Source: Azolla caroliniana (lineage: Eukaryota > Plantae > Polypodiophyta). From it: a stretch of 9,749 nt of DNA. Position 1 is the stretch's first letter, and the number at the start of each line of letters is the position of its first letter. A model generated the notes under the pieces. The model had not been told where the DNA came from. It worked only from the letters and a program-made list of their open reading frames with translations, and did not search any database. Of the stretch, positions 8,724 to 9,749 are shown piece after piece. The translations under genes were made by a program, and so were the position numbers. Where the stretch lies: positions 1 to 9,749 of the forward strand of contig JBHGNT010001334.1 in assembly GCA_043228905.1 (NCBI GenBank), read 5' to 3'.

Positions 8724-8815
8724 TGTATGTATGTATGGTATGGTATGTATGTATGTATGTATGTATGTATGTATGTATGTATGTATGTATGTATGTATGT
8801 ATGTATGTGTGTGTG

Positions 8816-8861
<46 letters not shown>
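8545..8861. repeat. Compound microsatellite (TG)n-(TATG)n-(TG)n upstream of the 7TM gene
   Basis: TG tract about 8560-8627, TATG tract about 8628-8806 with few interruptions, TG tract about 8807-8861. It accounts for all the HT/YIHT/VC/MYVC ORFs in the track. Confidence 0.97.
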
Positions 8862-8862
<1 letters not shown>

Positions 8863-8871
8863 GTATAGAAG

Positions 8872-8924
8872 AGTCTTGGTGTTGGACCAAGAGTATGTAT
8901 TACTCTTGGTCCAAGCCCAAGACT
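8872..8924. repeat. Inverted repeat / hairpin: 24-bp arms (22/24 complementary), 5-nt loop
   Basis: agtcttggtgttggaccaagagta-tgtat-tactcttggtccaagcccaagact. A third arm copy lies at 8517-8539. Confidence 0.93.
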
Positions 8925-9749
8925 TTTCCATTCAAACATATGTCTACAAAAAGAGACTAGGGACGAGAGAGATTTCAAACGAGAAAAAGAAGTGCGTGTC
9001 TGGTAAGTATATGTTTGTTGTTTAGTTCGTCTTATTCAACCTTTGTGTGTGCCATTCCACTTAGCCTTTGAATTATCCTCCAATTTTAGGCCCCTTTGAG
9101 GGCCCTATTTAGTTAGCATAGAATGTTTGTAAACATCAATTATTTGACTTTGTGCTATCCTCATCCGGAATAGGCCATGCAAATAGTTTTCAAAGATCTT
9201 TTATATAATTGATACATAATGCCATATTTTGAAAAGAAAAAAAGGAGAGAGAGGAGAGAATGTGTTACGAGTAAGAGGCGAGATGATCATGATGACTAGT
9301 GTGTTATAAAAATGGCCTTGCCTACTAACTAGGCCACAAGGTTATGTCAGATCTATGGTTCATTCTTAAGCTCAAATAGGGAGCAAATATAAGTTCCTAG
9401 AAGGTGTGCACGGCTATTCCTTGATAATGTGATCTCAGGCTTGAAATTTCTTACACAAATATCCCAATGTAAATGGTAGCTTTTGTACCTTTTCAAAAGG
9501 GCTGCCCATACTACTCATTATAATTTATGTACTACATTGAGTATTCTAGAAAACTTTGAACCGCTAGGAGAATGTCAATCATTGAAGAGATAAATGGATT
9601 TCCTCTTTAGTGTGTTAAATGCAAGCCAAAGTTAACAACACTTCATGCTATAAGAGTGGTAAGAAAACATCAAAAACACCTACTAACTTGTTGGGTGTTT
9701 ATCAAAACATCATTTATTAGAATTTATCCCAATGCTTTCAAATGTGTGG

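Noticed and set aside
8872-8924. miRNA precursor
   Set aside because: The stem is short and near-perfect with a third arm copy nearby, which fits a repeat-derived foldback better; no expression evidence.
8429-9025. Six long ORFs rich in HT/YIHT or VC/MYVC
   Set aside because: Stop-free translations of the microsatellite on both strands; not proteins.

Overview
AT-rich eukaryotic genomic DNA, most likely from a land plant. A fern or other seed-free vascular plant is my inference from the PLS-type PPR relic, Tcn1-like gag, RTE-type LINEs and long CA/TATG microsatellites. The main feature is a four-exon minus-strand gene (8400-7949, 7363-7184, 6896-6654, 4337-4136; three phase-2 GT-AG introns) that splices into a 358-aa seven-transmembrane protein. 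Its 7TM part resembles the membrane domain of plant 7TM-RGS1 and class C GPCRs, but it ends in a heptad coiled coil and no RGS box is visible. The rest is decayed repeats: a Ty3/gypsy gag relic, two RTE-like LINE relics (one with an inverted 3' piece), a solo LTR with target-site duplication in intron 3, a PPR pseudogene fragment, tandem duplications, and a compound microsatellite tied to a hairpin element upstream of the gene. All homology calls come from manual translation and recalled family motifs; no searches were run.
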